From the NCBI RefSeq assembly GCF_009914755.1, contig NC_060925.1: 64,000 nucleotides of DNA; one strand, 5' to 3'. The stretch is from the human T2T-CHM13v2.0 reference genome, Homo sapiens. Positions 14,218 to 27,610 of the stretch are shown in pieces. Below the pieces are notes generated by a model that saw nothing but the letters and a program-made list of their open reading frames with translations, ran no database searches and was not told the origin of the DNA. Position numbers and translations under genes: made by a program. Within the stretch, counting starts at the first letter, position 1; the number at the start of each line of letters is the position of its first letter.

Positions 14218-14587
14218 CTACAGGATCCCATTCCTCTGATGTTTCATCAGCGGGGACAGGATCAGGTTTCAGTAAATCTAGAAGATTAAAACTGGAAAGT
14301 CTGAGGATAATTCTATCAAGAGATCCTGTGTATTTAATGTTCTAACTTAGTCCACGTGCTGTACTTGATAGTATTTTCTCAGTGCCACATTAAGATAACA
14401 AGGATTTTCTTAAATGTAATATTTACCTTTAAGTATGTACTAAGGTGGCTGATTCTTAATGCTCCTCCTTTTGAGAAAACTTAAAGGTGAAATTGAACAT
14501 AATTGCTCCTGATCCATTTCACTCCACCTAGTGGGCCTTTTGTTTGTTTTTCTTCCAAGACATCCCACTTGATTCTGCTTCTGGAGC
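14218..14587 (-). ncRNA. Two putative minus-strand exons (14587-14427; 14277-~14218) of a spliced transcript leaving the CpG island
   Basis: Minus strand: ccattttcccatcttag|GCTCC...CTTAAAG|gtaaat and ttttaatcttctag|ATTTAC...; unique, non-repeat sequence. Confidence 0.45.
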
Positions 14588-15137
14588 CTAAGATGGGAAA
14601 ATGGCAGGTGTCGCAGGTTGCAGGGGAAGGTCGGAGACCAGTTGAGGGCCCCGGAGTCTGTCTGGAAAGAGTTTTCCATCCAGCCCGTCTCGGTTTCCGC
14701 ATCCGTGTGAGTCCTTTATGACGTCGGGAATGCCAAGGTCTGAGTCCTTTATGATGTTCAGGGTGCCCCGGTCTCACCCCGGGAGCCTCCTCGCTCCGGC
14801 CTGCTCCTGGCTACCCGGTGGGCGGCTCTGGCCCCAGCGACCCGCTACTGTTTCTCCATGCGCTGCCACTTCGCAAAGGCACATCTCTAGGTCAGTGGTC
14901 AGCTGCAGCCAGGGCGCTGCAACTCGCTCCAGGACTCGGGAATCAGGGCCTTGGTGGGCCTCGCAGAGTGCTGGGTGTGTCGCCTGCGGGCTCCTCTTTT
15001 GGAGAAAGGAGGGAGGGAAAGGCCTTGTGAGACGACTCCAGGAGCGACCAGCGACCCCCACAAGGCCCAAGTCCTCCCAGCGCACTCAGAAACAGTCACT
15101 TAAATGGCAATAAGGTTGAGAAAGACTCTCCCGTGCC

Positions 15138-15209
15138 CCCGTGCTGGTGTAGTGGCTGTGATTCAGTCCTTTCACCACCGCATCCCGGGTTCGATTACCG
15201 GTCAGGGAG
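15138..15209 (+). pseudogene. tRNA-Glu(TTC) pseudogene
   Basis: Collinear with recalled human tRNA-Glu-TTC (TCCCTGGTGGTCTAGTGGCTAGG...CTTTCAC...GGTTCGATTCCCGGTCAGGGA) with ~14 substitutions that disrupt stems; followed by TTGTTTT. Confidence 0.88.
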
Positions 15210-16257
15210 TTGTTTTGCACTGACTGCCCACCCGCAGTAATCTTTCTTTACTCCGCTGTCAGCCGGCCTGCTCCAAGAGCCAGAGGCAGAAGAGTCTCCC
15301 TGCAAGGTGCAAACCCTGGCGAAGGAGGGCAAGTCCTGGTGGACGGCCTCTCATGACACACCCTCTTATTTATCTCCGTGTCCACCATTCGCAGAAGGGG
15401 CTTTAGAGAGCGACTGAGCGTCTCGCTCAGGTGTACACCACCGTGCAGAGATGGCAGCTCTCCTGGAGGTGTACCCAAGAAGCCCACCATCTTTGCCGCC
15501 TCCGCCATCCCAGAGGCGCCGATTGGGCTGAGCTGCAAATAACTAAGAGAGAGAGAGGCCAAGCCAAGTCGTGGCGTTTGTGTGCGGCACACGTCGTCAG
15601 CTGACACAGGCGGTCAGCTGAGCCTCCTCACCTCAGTTCGCAGCTAACATGCTTCTTAGGCCTTCGGAAGAGGCGACAGGAGGCGATGGCCGCGAGGTTG
15701 GGAGGGGGGTGAGCGGCGGGTGAGGTCCTCCAGGACCGCCCATTTATTGACTGGGTGGTACAGGAGGGCGATGTTCGCTTACCCAACAACGACAGCAGGT
15801 GGAGTAGGCACTAATGGAAAACTGTGGCCGGTGCCCTAAGCAGAAGGCAGGTGTAAAAATCACTAGGACATCAAAGGGATAGTACCACAGTCAAATCCCG
15901 CAATGTCTGTCTACACTCTACCAAGCAATTGTGCACCCTCCCCCTTTTCCATTCAGTACTCCCAAGAAGGGTTGGGACGAACCCTGTGTCCACTGTAAAG
16001 CTCAGGGGAGAGCGGGAGCGAGGGAGGTGAAGTGCACAGACTGGGCAGAGGCGGCGGGCAGAACTGCGGGGGTGAGAGGGCGCGGTGGCTGCGGGGCGGG
16101 AGCCTCTGCTGAAAGGAGGCCTGGGTTGTCCTGTGGGTGACTGTTGGTGGAATCTTTGGCAGCGAGTGGTTGGAAGAATGGCGACGGGCGAGCAGAGGGG
16201 AAGGTGGTGACCCTGAGCGTCTGGCTAGGGGAGAGGAGGCTGTACTGACACTCGTCT

Positions 16258-16424
16258 CCTCTTACCTGGCGAGGGACAGACCGTGGTCAAGAAGGGAGCT
16301 CTCCCTGGTTGAGGCTAGTCCACCACACTCCAGCTGCTCTGACCCCTGCGATTTCCCTACACGCGGGGCGCTTGTCTGCGGTGGTGTTTGCGCTACCCGG
16401 GGGCTGGGTTCACGCAGGCTCCTG
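16258..16424 (+). pseudogene. U1 snRNA pseudogene (DNA-duplicated type with flanking promoter remnants)
   Basis: CTTACCTGGC...GAGGCT...CACTCC...CTGACCCCTGCGATTTCCC is collinear with U1 for ~120 nt. The U1-70K loop, U1A loop and Sm site are mutated. A PSE-like GTGACCCTGAGCGT (16207) and GAGGCTGT lie upstream as in U1 flanks; no poly(A) tail. Confidence 0.85.
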
Positions 16425-17534
16425 ACAGTCCTTGGCTCACCGCCCCCGACGCGGATATCGCCGCTAGAGACCCTTCCGCCACCCTCCTAGGGATCTTGAG
16501 GGCCTTCCTTGTTGTTCCGACTGAAGCTCACGAACAGACAGATGTGAGCTCTCTGTCTTTTACACGTTGAATTTGGCTATTGGCAAAAAAAGCCCTGACC
16601 CAGAGCTTGGGACTCCTCCCGGCCTGCACACGACTTCCCGACTCTTGCCTCCTAGCGCGGCTCTTGGCTAGCGGGCGGGCAGCCTCCACCCAGCGTAGAA
16701 CCGCGGCAGCCGCAGCCCCCGCAGGCTGGCGGTCAGACACTAGCAGGAAAAGGGACACAAGGCCTGCGTGGTGGGAAAGCATGGGAGACGTCGCTTTCCC
16801 ACCAGGCGAGAAGGTCTCCCTACAGTCTTTGGACAGAAGATGGAGGGAGGCACCCCTTCCAGGAGCAAGGCGGCTGCTCCTGAGGCCTGGCTCCGCACGG
16901 AGGCTCCTGGGTCCCGCGCGCCCTCTCCCTACCGGTTATAGCCAGAGCTGCTTCACACATCTCAGCCGGCTTCCTCTTCCGCCTCTGCCACCTCTTCCTC
17001 CCCAGCTCGTGGGAAAGACCTAGCCTCCTCTCCAACACTTGGAGAGGGAGTTGGATGAACGTCTCCTAACCCCAGTAGGACAGAGATCCTGAGGTAGGAG
17101 GGGACCCCTTGCCTTGCTGCTTCTTTTGGCACCGCTGACCCGGGCCCAGGACTCCTCGCTCCTCCTGGAAGGCCTGGGTCGTGTAGCCCACAGAGGTGGC
17201 CACGTGGGCATCTCCCCCACTGCTCCTCATAGAACCGGAGGCATTATCCTGCCGGGCCCACTCTTACCCATGAAAGAAACTTGGGAAATGCTCCCGGGGA
17301 AGCCGGGGATCTGGGCGCTCGACCACTTCGGTGTGAATCTTCCGTCCGCTCATCCTTCCTTCGGAGGGTCTTGGGGAGAGGAGAAATGCTCAAGGACGAT
17401 GCGCTTTGCAGCGTCTCAAGGGAAACTAGATCTCAACGGATACCAGAAGTCTGGAGCGTCTTCCTGGAGGAAGGCGGCCCGAGGCCTGCGGTTGCAGGGA
17501 GGCTTGCGGAGCACAGCGCCCTCTCTCAGCCTGA

Positions 17535-17899
<365 letters not shown>

Positions 17900-19973
17900 T
17901 ACTGCGGCTCTTCTATCCTGGTGTTCTTTGAATGCCTATCTTCCTTTTGTGCCACAGAACCTCTCACGCCCGCCACAGGTTGCTCATTTCCTTGGTTGTT
18001 CTGAACTTTAAATAAGTTAATGTATGTAAGAGTGCCATAAATGCTCAGTAATTGACATCTGTTATTTTCATCAGTAACATCATCTGAATCATCTGTATTG
18101 TCTATTTTTAACAACTGCATTTTTCATTGTCCAAATAAAGTCACATACATTTGAACATTATATAATGATTGAATAATAAAATTATTCTGCTATTTTACAA
18201 TAAAAATTAATGTTGCAGAGAGTATTCTTACACATATATCTTGGCAGAGGTAAGCCAGAGCCTGTTCTTGTATCCATCCTGTGGCCAACCTATCAATGTA
18301 GACACCTTTAATGAGATTTTGCCAGCAATGGAAGCCTTCAGGAAAAATGTCCCTAGCTCCTTACTACTTCCTATCAAGGACACGGGACAATTGGCACAAC
18401 ATCCTGGAATAGCTGAAACGGAGATTTTATTCTCCGCTCTCCTCTGTTGTCTTTGTCTTTTTACAACTTCTTAATGACAGTGCTGGTGACAAGAGTGTAA
18501 CTATGTCACTGTTCTCCTGCTGTCCTTGCCTGTGTGGGTCTTCTCACAAACCCGACTTTCCTCCAGCGGCTTCACTGAAAAACAGAAGGGGGCTGCCTGG
18601 GGGAGGGTGGCGGGGAGGGGAGGAGGAAATAACTTGAATAGGGCGGAAGCTTCTCACAGGCCAGGAGAGGGTAAGGAAGGGAGTCAAGGACAGAATTTTC
18701 TTCAGCAAACAGTAAAAGGGGAAATCCGGGGACGCTAAGAGTTTTTAAACCTTTGCTCCATCACATAAGTAATCCATGATTTTCCGTTACACAAATCAGG
18801 ACTCCCACTCCTCCCTCCCCACCCCCAATCCTGATTCCTGTTTACAAAGAATGCTCAAAAACACAGAATTATGTGTAACAGTTCCCAGTTTACTCAAGAA
18901 ATTCTCAGATTACAAAGAGACTTTACAAATAAACAAGTGAAGAGAAGAACCTTCGTGGGTCCAACATATAGTATGGCCATGGTTTTATACTCAAAATATG
19001 GAAAGACAACCTCAGAATAAGGAAACTTTTGGAATTGAATAAATCAAGTTTATCATTAGAACGCAGAGAAAAAAACACTCTCCAAATGTTTCTGATCTTC
19101 TGTTTTAAACTGCTCTTAGACTGGGGAGCGGGAGAGCAAGGGAATCCGCCAAAGATTTTTGGATGAAAATTCACCACCCCTTGTCTACCATAGTCACACC
19201 TCAATGCCCCTCAGATTGGAATCCTTTGGAAGGAGAATCCAAGAGGTATAAAGCAAAACCAGAAAAAAAGCAAAACTCGCAAATTCTGTAGTTCGTTTTC
19301 TCTCATTAAAAATATAACTATCAGGCTAACACCTGTTGACACACAATACCAGGGACACAGAATCTCTCCCGGAAGACCGACGGGCCCACGGAAGGCGCGG
19401 ATGCCAAGGTGGTTGAGGAGGTTAAGTAACTCGGTGTTTGGGCATACCTCTGCGTGGGACTGTCTCCGCCGCGCCCCTCATCTCTACGCGGATAGATTCC
19501 CACACGCTTCCCTTTTCCTTGGGCCGCTGAAACCTCTCCGACCAACCGCCGAAGAGTCTCCCTGGACCCCGCAGCTTCTCTCCTTCCCGGACCTTCTTGA
19601 TCCTCGCTCCATAGTGAGACGTGGCCTAACGTAGCGGAAAGCCCAGCACGCGAATCCCTCTGATGGGCTTTGGGTTACCCAGGGGTTTGCCGGGAGACTA
19701 GATGAAAGTAGCAAAGGTTTTAATTCCCAGTATTTAAAACTGCAGCAACCCACCGGAAACACTCCCCACTTTCAAGGACAGGCTTCGAGCACAGGAACGT
19801 AAATTCCGGGATTATTAGTTCGAGCACAGAGAATGCTCCAGAGGTGGCACGCCCCTCAGGTTAGCTTCTAGCTGCCACGACCAAGGTCCATAAATGCAGT
19901 ACAGCCTGTATAATATAATAACTTCGTTGGGTAGAAACGTAGTAGCCCTTCCTGCCGGAAGGGTAAGAAGTCC

Positions 19974-20044
19974 TGCATGGCCGGGAGTCGTACCGGAGTC
20001 GCCGGCGTGGGAGACAAAAACCTCTACCGCTGAACTACCAATCC
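19974..20044 (-). pseudogene. tRNA-Gly(CCC) pseudogene
   Basis: Reverse complement GGATTGGTAGTTCAGCGGTAGAGG...CTCCCACGCCGGCGACTCCGGTACGACTCCCGGCCATGCA aligns to tRNA-Gly-CCC; B-box mutated (GTACGA). Confidence 0.85.
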
Positions 20045-20875
20045 CCTACCGGGAGCAGTTTCACCAGATCTAATTTGAAGTCTCTGGACGGCCTTTGAAG
20101 CGGTGGTTCTAAAAGAGGTTTGCATAGGAAATTCATCCAGCATTTGTCTCTGGTCCCAGATCTGGCGAAAACTTCTGGAAATTTCATTTCCTCACTGATG
20201 AGGTAATCTTTTTGCCAACCCTTGCCTTGGTACTTTCCAAACCCTTTCCTCCCAACCCTGAGGCAAACAGGCTTTCGAAGACCCAGGAGCTAGAGATTTA
20301 GGGATGTGTCCAGGTTACTCCGGAAGATCTGTGGGATGACCGAACTTCTCTTCATCTACATCTCTTTTGAGTCATTTGAAAACGCCAAGTATCTTGCTTC
20401 TAAACCCATATATTTTAAGAAACCTACAGAAGTGGGAGTGAGTGAAAGTTCACTCCAATATTTCTTTTCTTATCCACACTCTCTTTGGCCACTCCAGGAG
20501 GCTATGTCGAGTGGCACAGTCATCCCAGGGACCCAGAGCTTTTCTCCTCAGATGCGTCTTTGGAGTCTCTAGTAAAGTCCAAGAATCAAAACGACTGTCA
20601 TCCAACTTTTGTGTCTTACAGAGATCTACACAAGAGAGAAAGTGAAAATTTCACTACAGAATTTCTTCTCTTGGCAAACTGTGGAAGGTTTACGGCAAGC
20701 CTTTGCTTCAAGTGCCTGTTGCTTTGTTAGCTCTGTTTTCCAAAAATATCTGTGTCAGCCTATTATAGAACTTTCCCACCTCCATCCTCCCTGCCCCCTC
20801 ATGCCTGCCCATAGCACTAGAGATTATCTTTAAGGAAAAAAAAAAAAAAAACTATGAGAGGTTATACCAAACGGA

Positions 20876-20948
20876 GCATTGATGGTTCAGTAATAGAATT
20901 GTCAACTCCCACGCTGGAGACCAGGGTTCAACTCATAGGGTGAATGCA
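20876..20948 (+). pseudogene. tRNA-Gly(CCC) pseudogene
   Basis: GCATTGATGGTTCAGTAATAGAATT...CTCCCACGCTGGAGACCAGGGTTCAACTC...AATGCA aligns to tRNA-Gly-CCC; D-loop GG lost and T-stem broken. Confidence 0.85.
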
Positions 20949-21011
20949 TCTCATGTCTGAATCTCCTCTTGCTCCCTTCTTTCTTTCCTCCCTCCCAAGC
21001 TTACATACCTT

Positions 21012-21630
21012 TGTTACCGGCTGGTGTTGTGAAGTCCCAGGTTCTTGGTGTCTAACAAAGAATTGGAAGTGACACACACACATGTAGCAAAGCAGCAAGA
21101 GACTTATTAAGCACAGTAACACTCTCAGAGAGGGGAGAACGGGCTGACTTCTGCAAAATGAGATCAGCGTCAGTTTGGTGAACTTTGGGCTTTGGGTCTT
21201 TTTACATGTTTTTTTTTTTTTCTTTTTTCTCCTCTTCCTGGGGCTGCCTAATCTCTACCCAGCATGTGCCTTCTGATTGATAGGTGGGTTGCTTAGTTAC
21301 TTGGCCCCTGTGTGCTTCCGCATCACCTCCATCCCATAATTTTAAGTACACCCATGATATGCAGTCCATATGCATTAGCTTTAATGAGCTGATTATCATA
21401 CGGGGTCATTTTAAGGCTACTTTTTCTCTGTCATATGCATGCCTTTTACTGGTTTGTTCTGGATCCTGCCAGCCATAAACTTTTACTCACTACTCCATCT
21501 CACTTTTGTTTTCGCTGCTCAACTTCTGCTTATCTTGCTTCTTGCTCACCCACCTCTTTATCCTGCTTCCGCTCCTACTCAGTTCACCCTTTATCCAACT
21601 TCCACTTCCCTCTGCTGTTCTTCTGCCTCA
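21012..21630 (-). mobile_element. ERV1-class solo LTR (MER51-like)
   Basis: TG...CA termini, reverse complement begins TGAGGCAGAAGAACAGCAGAGGG, 4-bp TSD CCTT. Confidence 0.72.
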
Positions 21631-22234
21631 CCTTGACTCCTCGTTGCTTGGCCTGTTGCACACCAAATTTACTGCAAATAAAACTCTCTCTGATGATCTT
21701 CTACTCCACCTGTGGAGTTCCACAGTATGAGCAGCAGAGTAGCAGGAGCTGGAGCAGAGGTGGTGTTGGGTGAAACTCACACAGTGAAATTTCACTTATG
21801 CAAATGCTCAAGCACTTGTGAGAGGTTAGAATTAGCTCTTTCTTTGGAATGAACTATTTCAGTGAGATGTTAAGCTTACACTTAAAGTGTAAGCTCTTTC
21901 ACCAAATTAATTGATGTGCTCAGGGTGAGTGAAATAAAGGGGTAAACCAGGATTAGTGCTGCAGGGTCAGAGCTAATGACACAAGCTTCTCTCCTCAGGT
22001 CTATTCATTTGAGATACATCTCAGGCACTTAAGCACAGCAATGCTACGTTGGTGCCAATTATATACATACACACATATAAATATATAAAAAGCATATAAT
22101 ATAAACATTACATATGTAAATATAAATTGTACCAATAAAATCAACACCAAGCTTGTTTTTAATCATTCACTCAAAATGTATTGAACAGCTACTGTGCAGT
22201 GTTGGGACTCCTTAGAAACTTAAGACAAAAATAT

Positions 22235-22670
<436 letters not shown>

Positions 22671-23394
22671 ATAATAACATAAAATAAACCCATAAACCTC
22701 AAACAAAAAGCAAACTATGATTTCAATCATTGTGAAGCTCTTGATCTAGTAGATGAGTTATATATATATATACCAAAAATATTACAATTTCAGAGAAGTG
22801 CTATAGGGTCTAATATTTAATAACTTATGGCATTTGACTGACGGTAGTCAAAGCTCTTCCCCCATTTTCCAGGGGGTATAAATTAAGGAAAGTTATTTAG
22901 TATTTACTAAATTTGGGCTTCTTCATATGCAAGGGGGTTATGATAATAATACCTACCTCGTGAAGACAGTATGAGGACTAAACAAAATTGTGTATGTATA
23001 GCTTTGGCCAATACCCATAGACACTGAGCGCTCAACTAGGTGTTAGCTACTAGATTTTAAATTTTAAATTATTTTTATAGTTTTTAAGATAAAATTTACA
23101 TTCATTGAAATGTTAACTGAATTTTTTGTAATTCCTACCCCTATCAAGACAGACCATTTTTAGCACCCAGAAATTTCTCTTGTGTGCCTTCCCAGTCAAT
23201 ATCCTGTTAGAAGGAACTGCTGTTATGATTTTTTCACCACAGATTAATTTTGCCTTTTCTGGAATTTCAAATAAATGGGATGGTATGCACTCTTTTGTGT
23301 CATTTATTTATCTTCACATACTTTAAAATAAAAAGGTCCAATTGGGGATGTAGTAAAAACCTCTTTCCCACCAGTAGCCACCAGTCAAGAGTCT

Positions 23395-23708
23395 TTCTTT
23401 CTCTCTCTCTCTTTTTTTTTTTTTTTTGACAGGATCTTGCTCTGTCATCCAGGCTGAAGTGCAGTGGCATGATCATGGCTCACTGCAGCCTCTCAACCTT
23501 CTGGGCTCAAGCAATCCTCCCACCTCAGCCTCCCACACAGCTGGGACTACAGGTGTTTGGGACTACCAGCTAATTTTGCTTGTATTTTGTGTAGAGACAG
23601 GGTCTCACCAAGTTGCCCAGGCTAGTCTCAAACTCCTGAGCTCAAATGATCTGTCAGCCTTGGCCTCCCAAAGTGCTTGGATTACAGGCATGAGCCACTG
23701 TGCCTGGC
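23395..23708 (-). mobile_element. AluJ
   Basis: Alu consensus with a poly(T)/CT head. Confidence 0.85.
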
Positions 23709-25009
23709 TCGCTCTTCCTCTCTTGAAGCAACCAATGTTATTCGTTTTATGTGGACCATCCCAGGGCTATCATTATTAATTCAGGTGTTTATACAAGGCT
23801 CTCTGAGAACTCAGTTTTAAAGATTACCCAAAGAGTCCCTGCAACAATCCAGCCTAAAACGATATAAAATCAGTTTTAATATAACTGAAGTTTTTAGATT
23901 CTGCCTCCAAATATCAGATTGTGACATTTTACCTTTCTCTGACTTTATGCCAAATTTACTTCAACTTCTAGCATCTATCGTTCTCATTTAGGAACAAATA
24001 TGTATTTCACAAATGTGGAAATACAACCATGAGCCAAACAAAACCAAATCCTGGACTTACGGAGCTGATGGTAGATTCCCCAACATAACCACTTGATTAC
24101 AGTTTTATGCAATGTGATGGGAGTAAGGGACCACCGTAGGGAGGTCAGAAGTTGCCTCTCAGAGGTGGAGACTACAGCTGTCGTCAGAAGGATGAGGGTT
24201 GGAAGAATCTTCAGGCACAGAGCAAAGCATGAGCAAAAGCTCTGTGGAGTCCAGGAAGCTGAGTAAATAGGGAATAAAAGAGGCCAGTTTGGCTGAAGCA
24301 GAGAGAGCAGGATGGAATTGGTCTGACCTGTAAGAAGACATGGAGAGGTGGGCAAAGCGCCTGGCCATTCAGGGCTTGGTTAGTTAGGAGGTTTTGTCTA
24401 AGAGAACGGGAAGGTGTTTAAGTGGTTTGGGCTGGGAAGTGACAGGGTCACATTACATTTTGAAAAAGCCACTCTGCCTGTTGTGTTGAGATTAGAGAGG
24501 CGATAAAGGGGATATGGGTAAACCACAAGGAGACTAGGTCAGTAGTCCCTCCACCCCCACTCCCCAGGTGAAGGTAGCCTAGACTAGGGTGGTGATGGAG
24601 GAGGTAGAAGAGGACAGATTCAAGGAAAATTTGGAAGGTAAAAACCAGTAGGATTTGCTGATGGACGGAATATAGGAGGGGAAAGGTAGATTATCAGGGA
24701 TGTATCTTAGTTTTCTTATAGAAGATGTATTTAGTTGCAATGCAATTGTTAATTGAAATTGACTTTAAATAATGGCACGACTTAAAATTATGCAAACATT
24801 TGCCTTAGATAAAATTTCAAGTTTTCAAAGTTTTTAGCTGGGTAGATGGCATGGCTTTACTTCATATTTCTTGGTATTTCCTAATCTTGTTAAAAAAAAA
24901 GTTTTTCTTTTTCTCAAAGGCTTATTTCAGTGGAAGCCCATCTGCGAAATCTGTTATAAATTTAAATTAGAAAATAAATACAAGTGCCATTGACACGTTG
25001 GTTATTGTT

Positions 25010-26200
25010 TTTGCGAGTGACCTAAGGCCACCTCTCGCGGGAGCTGGGGGCTGCCTTCCGACTCCTGTGCGTCTGCGCCGCGGGCCGAGCCCGGAAGTCA
25101 GACTATGGGGCGGTGCGGCAGCGCGAAGCCTGCAGTCCTAAACGCGGGGTAGCTCCGGGCTTCCGAGGGGGTGTGTCTCCCGCCTCTTTAACCTGGCAGG
25201 GGCGGTTCAAGTGGCCGGGGAAATCAGCGAATTGCAGGGTCAAGGGCTGGTGCTTTGAAAGAGAGGCGGAGGGGAGAGAGGGATTTTCCCGTCCCCGCTG
25301 CGCTCTGTCCTCCATTACTCCTTTTCTCGGCCCGCGGCCCGAACCCGCTGTGCGGTAGAGGCAGCCGGGTCCCTTTAAGGCCCAGCTGCGCCTGTGCCTT
25401 GGGCTCTCCTGACACGGCCCATCCGGACCCTGAGGAGCCAGCGGGCCGCAAGCAAGTTGCTGGGCGGCGGTGGAGATAGCGGCGGTGCTGGGAGGGGTAG
25501 GTGAGGGTCGCGAGGCTGCCTGAGCTTCTGAGTGAGCCTGGTGATTTTGGGAACGCGGGACGGGCGACCTGCGGCGCCAGGAGCGGGGCCGAGGTACGGC
25601 GGCACGGCTGCAGCCTGGATGGGAAGTTCAAGTTTACTGCGAAGTCCACCCAGCGTTCCGGAGGTGAGGGCGCCGCGCCAGGCCGGGCGGGAGGTGAGTC
25701 TGGGACCTGCGGGCTCACAGCTGGGCTGAGGCGCGGCGGGCTGGGCCGCCGCAAGTTTTGTTAGGCGAGCGGGGCGGTTGCGCCGGGCACTGCCGGGCTC
25801 CGCAGGGCTCCGCCGGGGCCTAAGTTCCCTGCGCTTGATTCCTCGCCTGCCGCTGCAGCCCGCAGCCCTCCTCTCGTGGGCGCTGGGGAAGAAACTCCCT
25901 GGCAGGTGTTCTGTGGCATCCCAGGGGGTGGAGGGACGGAGCAGCTTCGGGGGCACGTCTTCGGAAGTCCTGTGGAGCACACTGACTTCGCACCCCACCC
26001 TCGAGGCCGTTCTTTCTGGGAACTTGAGGGGCAAGAGCGCTCGCGCCCCTGACTTGCAAAGTTGGGGTCTTTATTGGCCTCCGGGATTCTGCTCCTGGCG
26101 GTGTCTCCAGGCTGGTGATGGGCAAGCCAGGTGTGCCAGGTCCAGGATGCATGTGAGGAGCGTTTGTAGCGATCACTGAATCATCTCATGACTAGCGGGG
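25010..26200 (+). promoter_or_regulatory. CpG-island promoter and first non-coding exon of the NBPF gene (probably the EVI5-derived NBPF promoter)
   Basis: High GC/CpG content; ETS motif CCGGAAGT at 25091 and TCTCGCGGGA at 25033; donors tag|gtgagg (25500), gag|gtgagg (25663) and gag|gtgagt (25693). The EVI5 origin is recalled family knowledge, not verified here. Confidence 0.75.
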
Positions 26201-26417
26201 CAAGCCTCCAATTAACCACAGGATTTCTGGTAGGTTGGACTGTGGTGTTGGTGTTTGCAGTCCAAAGAGTTGCTGTGATTTTTCTGTGCCTGTCTGTCTT
26301 TCTTTGAGGCTTCTTAGATCATCTCATTTGGCGTCCTTTCACCCAAGAGTTAACCAAGCGAGGAATGGTTTCCTCGCTTTCCTCCTACCTTTTGCTGGTG
26401 GAGCTGCTTTCGAAAAG

Positions 26418-27259
<842 letters not shown>

Positions 27260-27610
27260 GTACAGGTCATGTGTTTTTACTAAATGAACCACCACAGATT
27301 AAGAAATAGAACATTACTATATTGGGGTATATATGTAGAAGTGGCATTGTTGGTTTTAGAGCTATATGAATGATAAAACTTTAGTATTACATATGGCTGA
27401 ACATTTTCCCAAAGTGTTTTATCAGTTAGCAGGGAATATTCCAGTTACCCCACATCCTTGCTGATGCTTGTCAGTTAAAAATTATTTTGTTATTCTCGTA
27501 GAGGTGCAGTAATATATCAATGCGGTTTCAACTTCCATTTTCCTGGTATTGAGATTGAGTATCTTTTATTGCCATTTATATGTCCTCTTTTATGAAGTGC
27601 CTGTTAAATC

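Noticed and set aside
14708-14755. Direct repeat tgagtcctttatga (two copies) as a repeat array
   Set aside because: Only two 14-bp copies; a local duplication. No CRISPR-like or other array exists in this eukaryotic window.
20032-20046. ACTACCAATCCC resembling the ZNF143-associated ACTACAnnTCCC motif
   Set aside because: Imperfect match that is simply the reverse complement of the tRNA-Gly relic 5' end.
25103-26179. ORFs of up to 219 aa in the promoter island
   Set aside because: Typical CpG-island ORFs, Pro/Arg/Gly/Ala-rich, mostly non-ATG starts.
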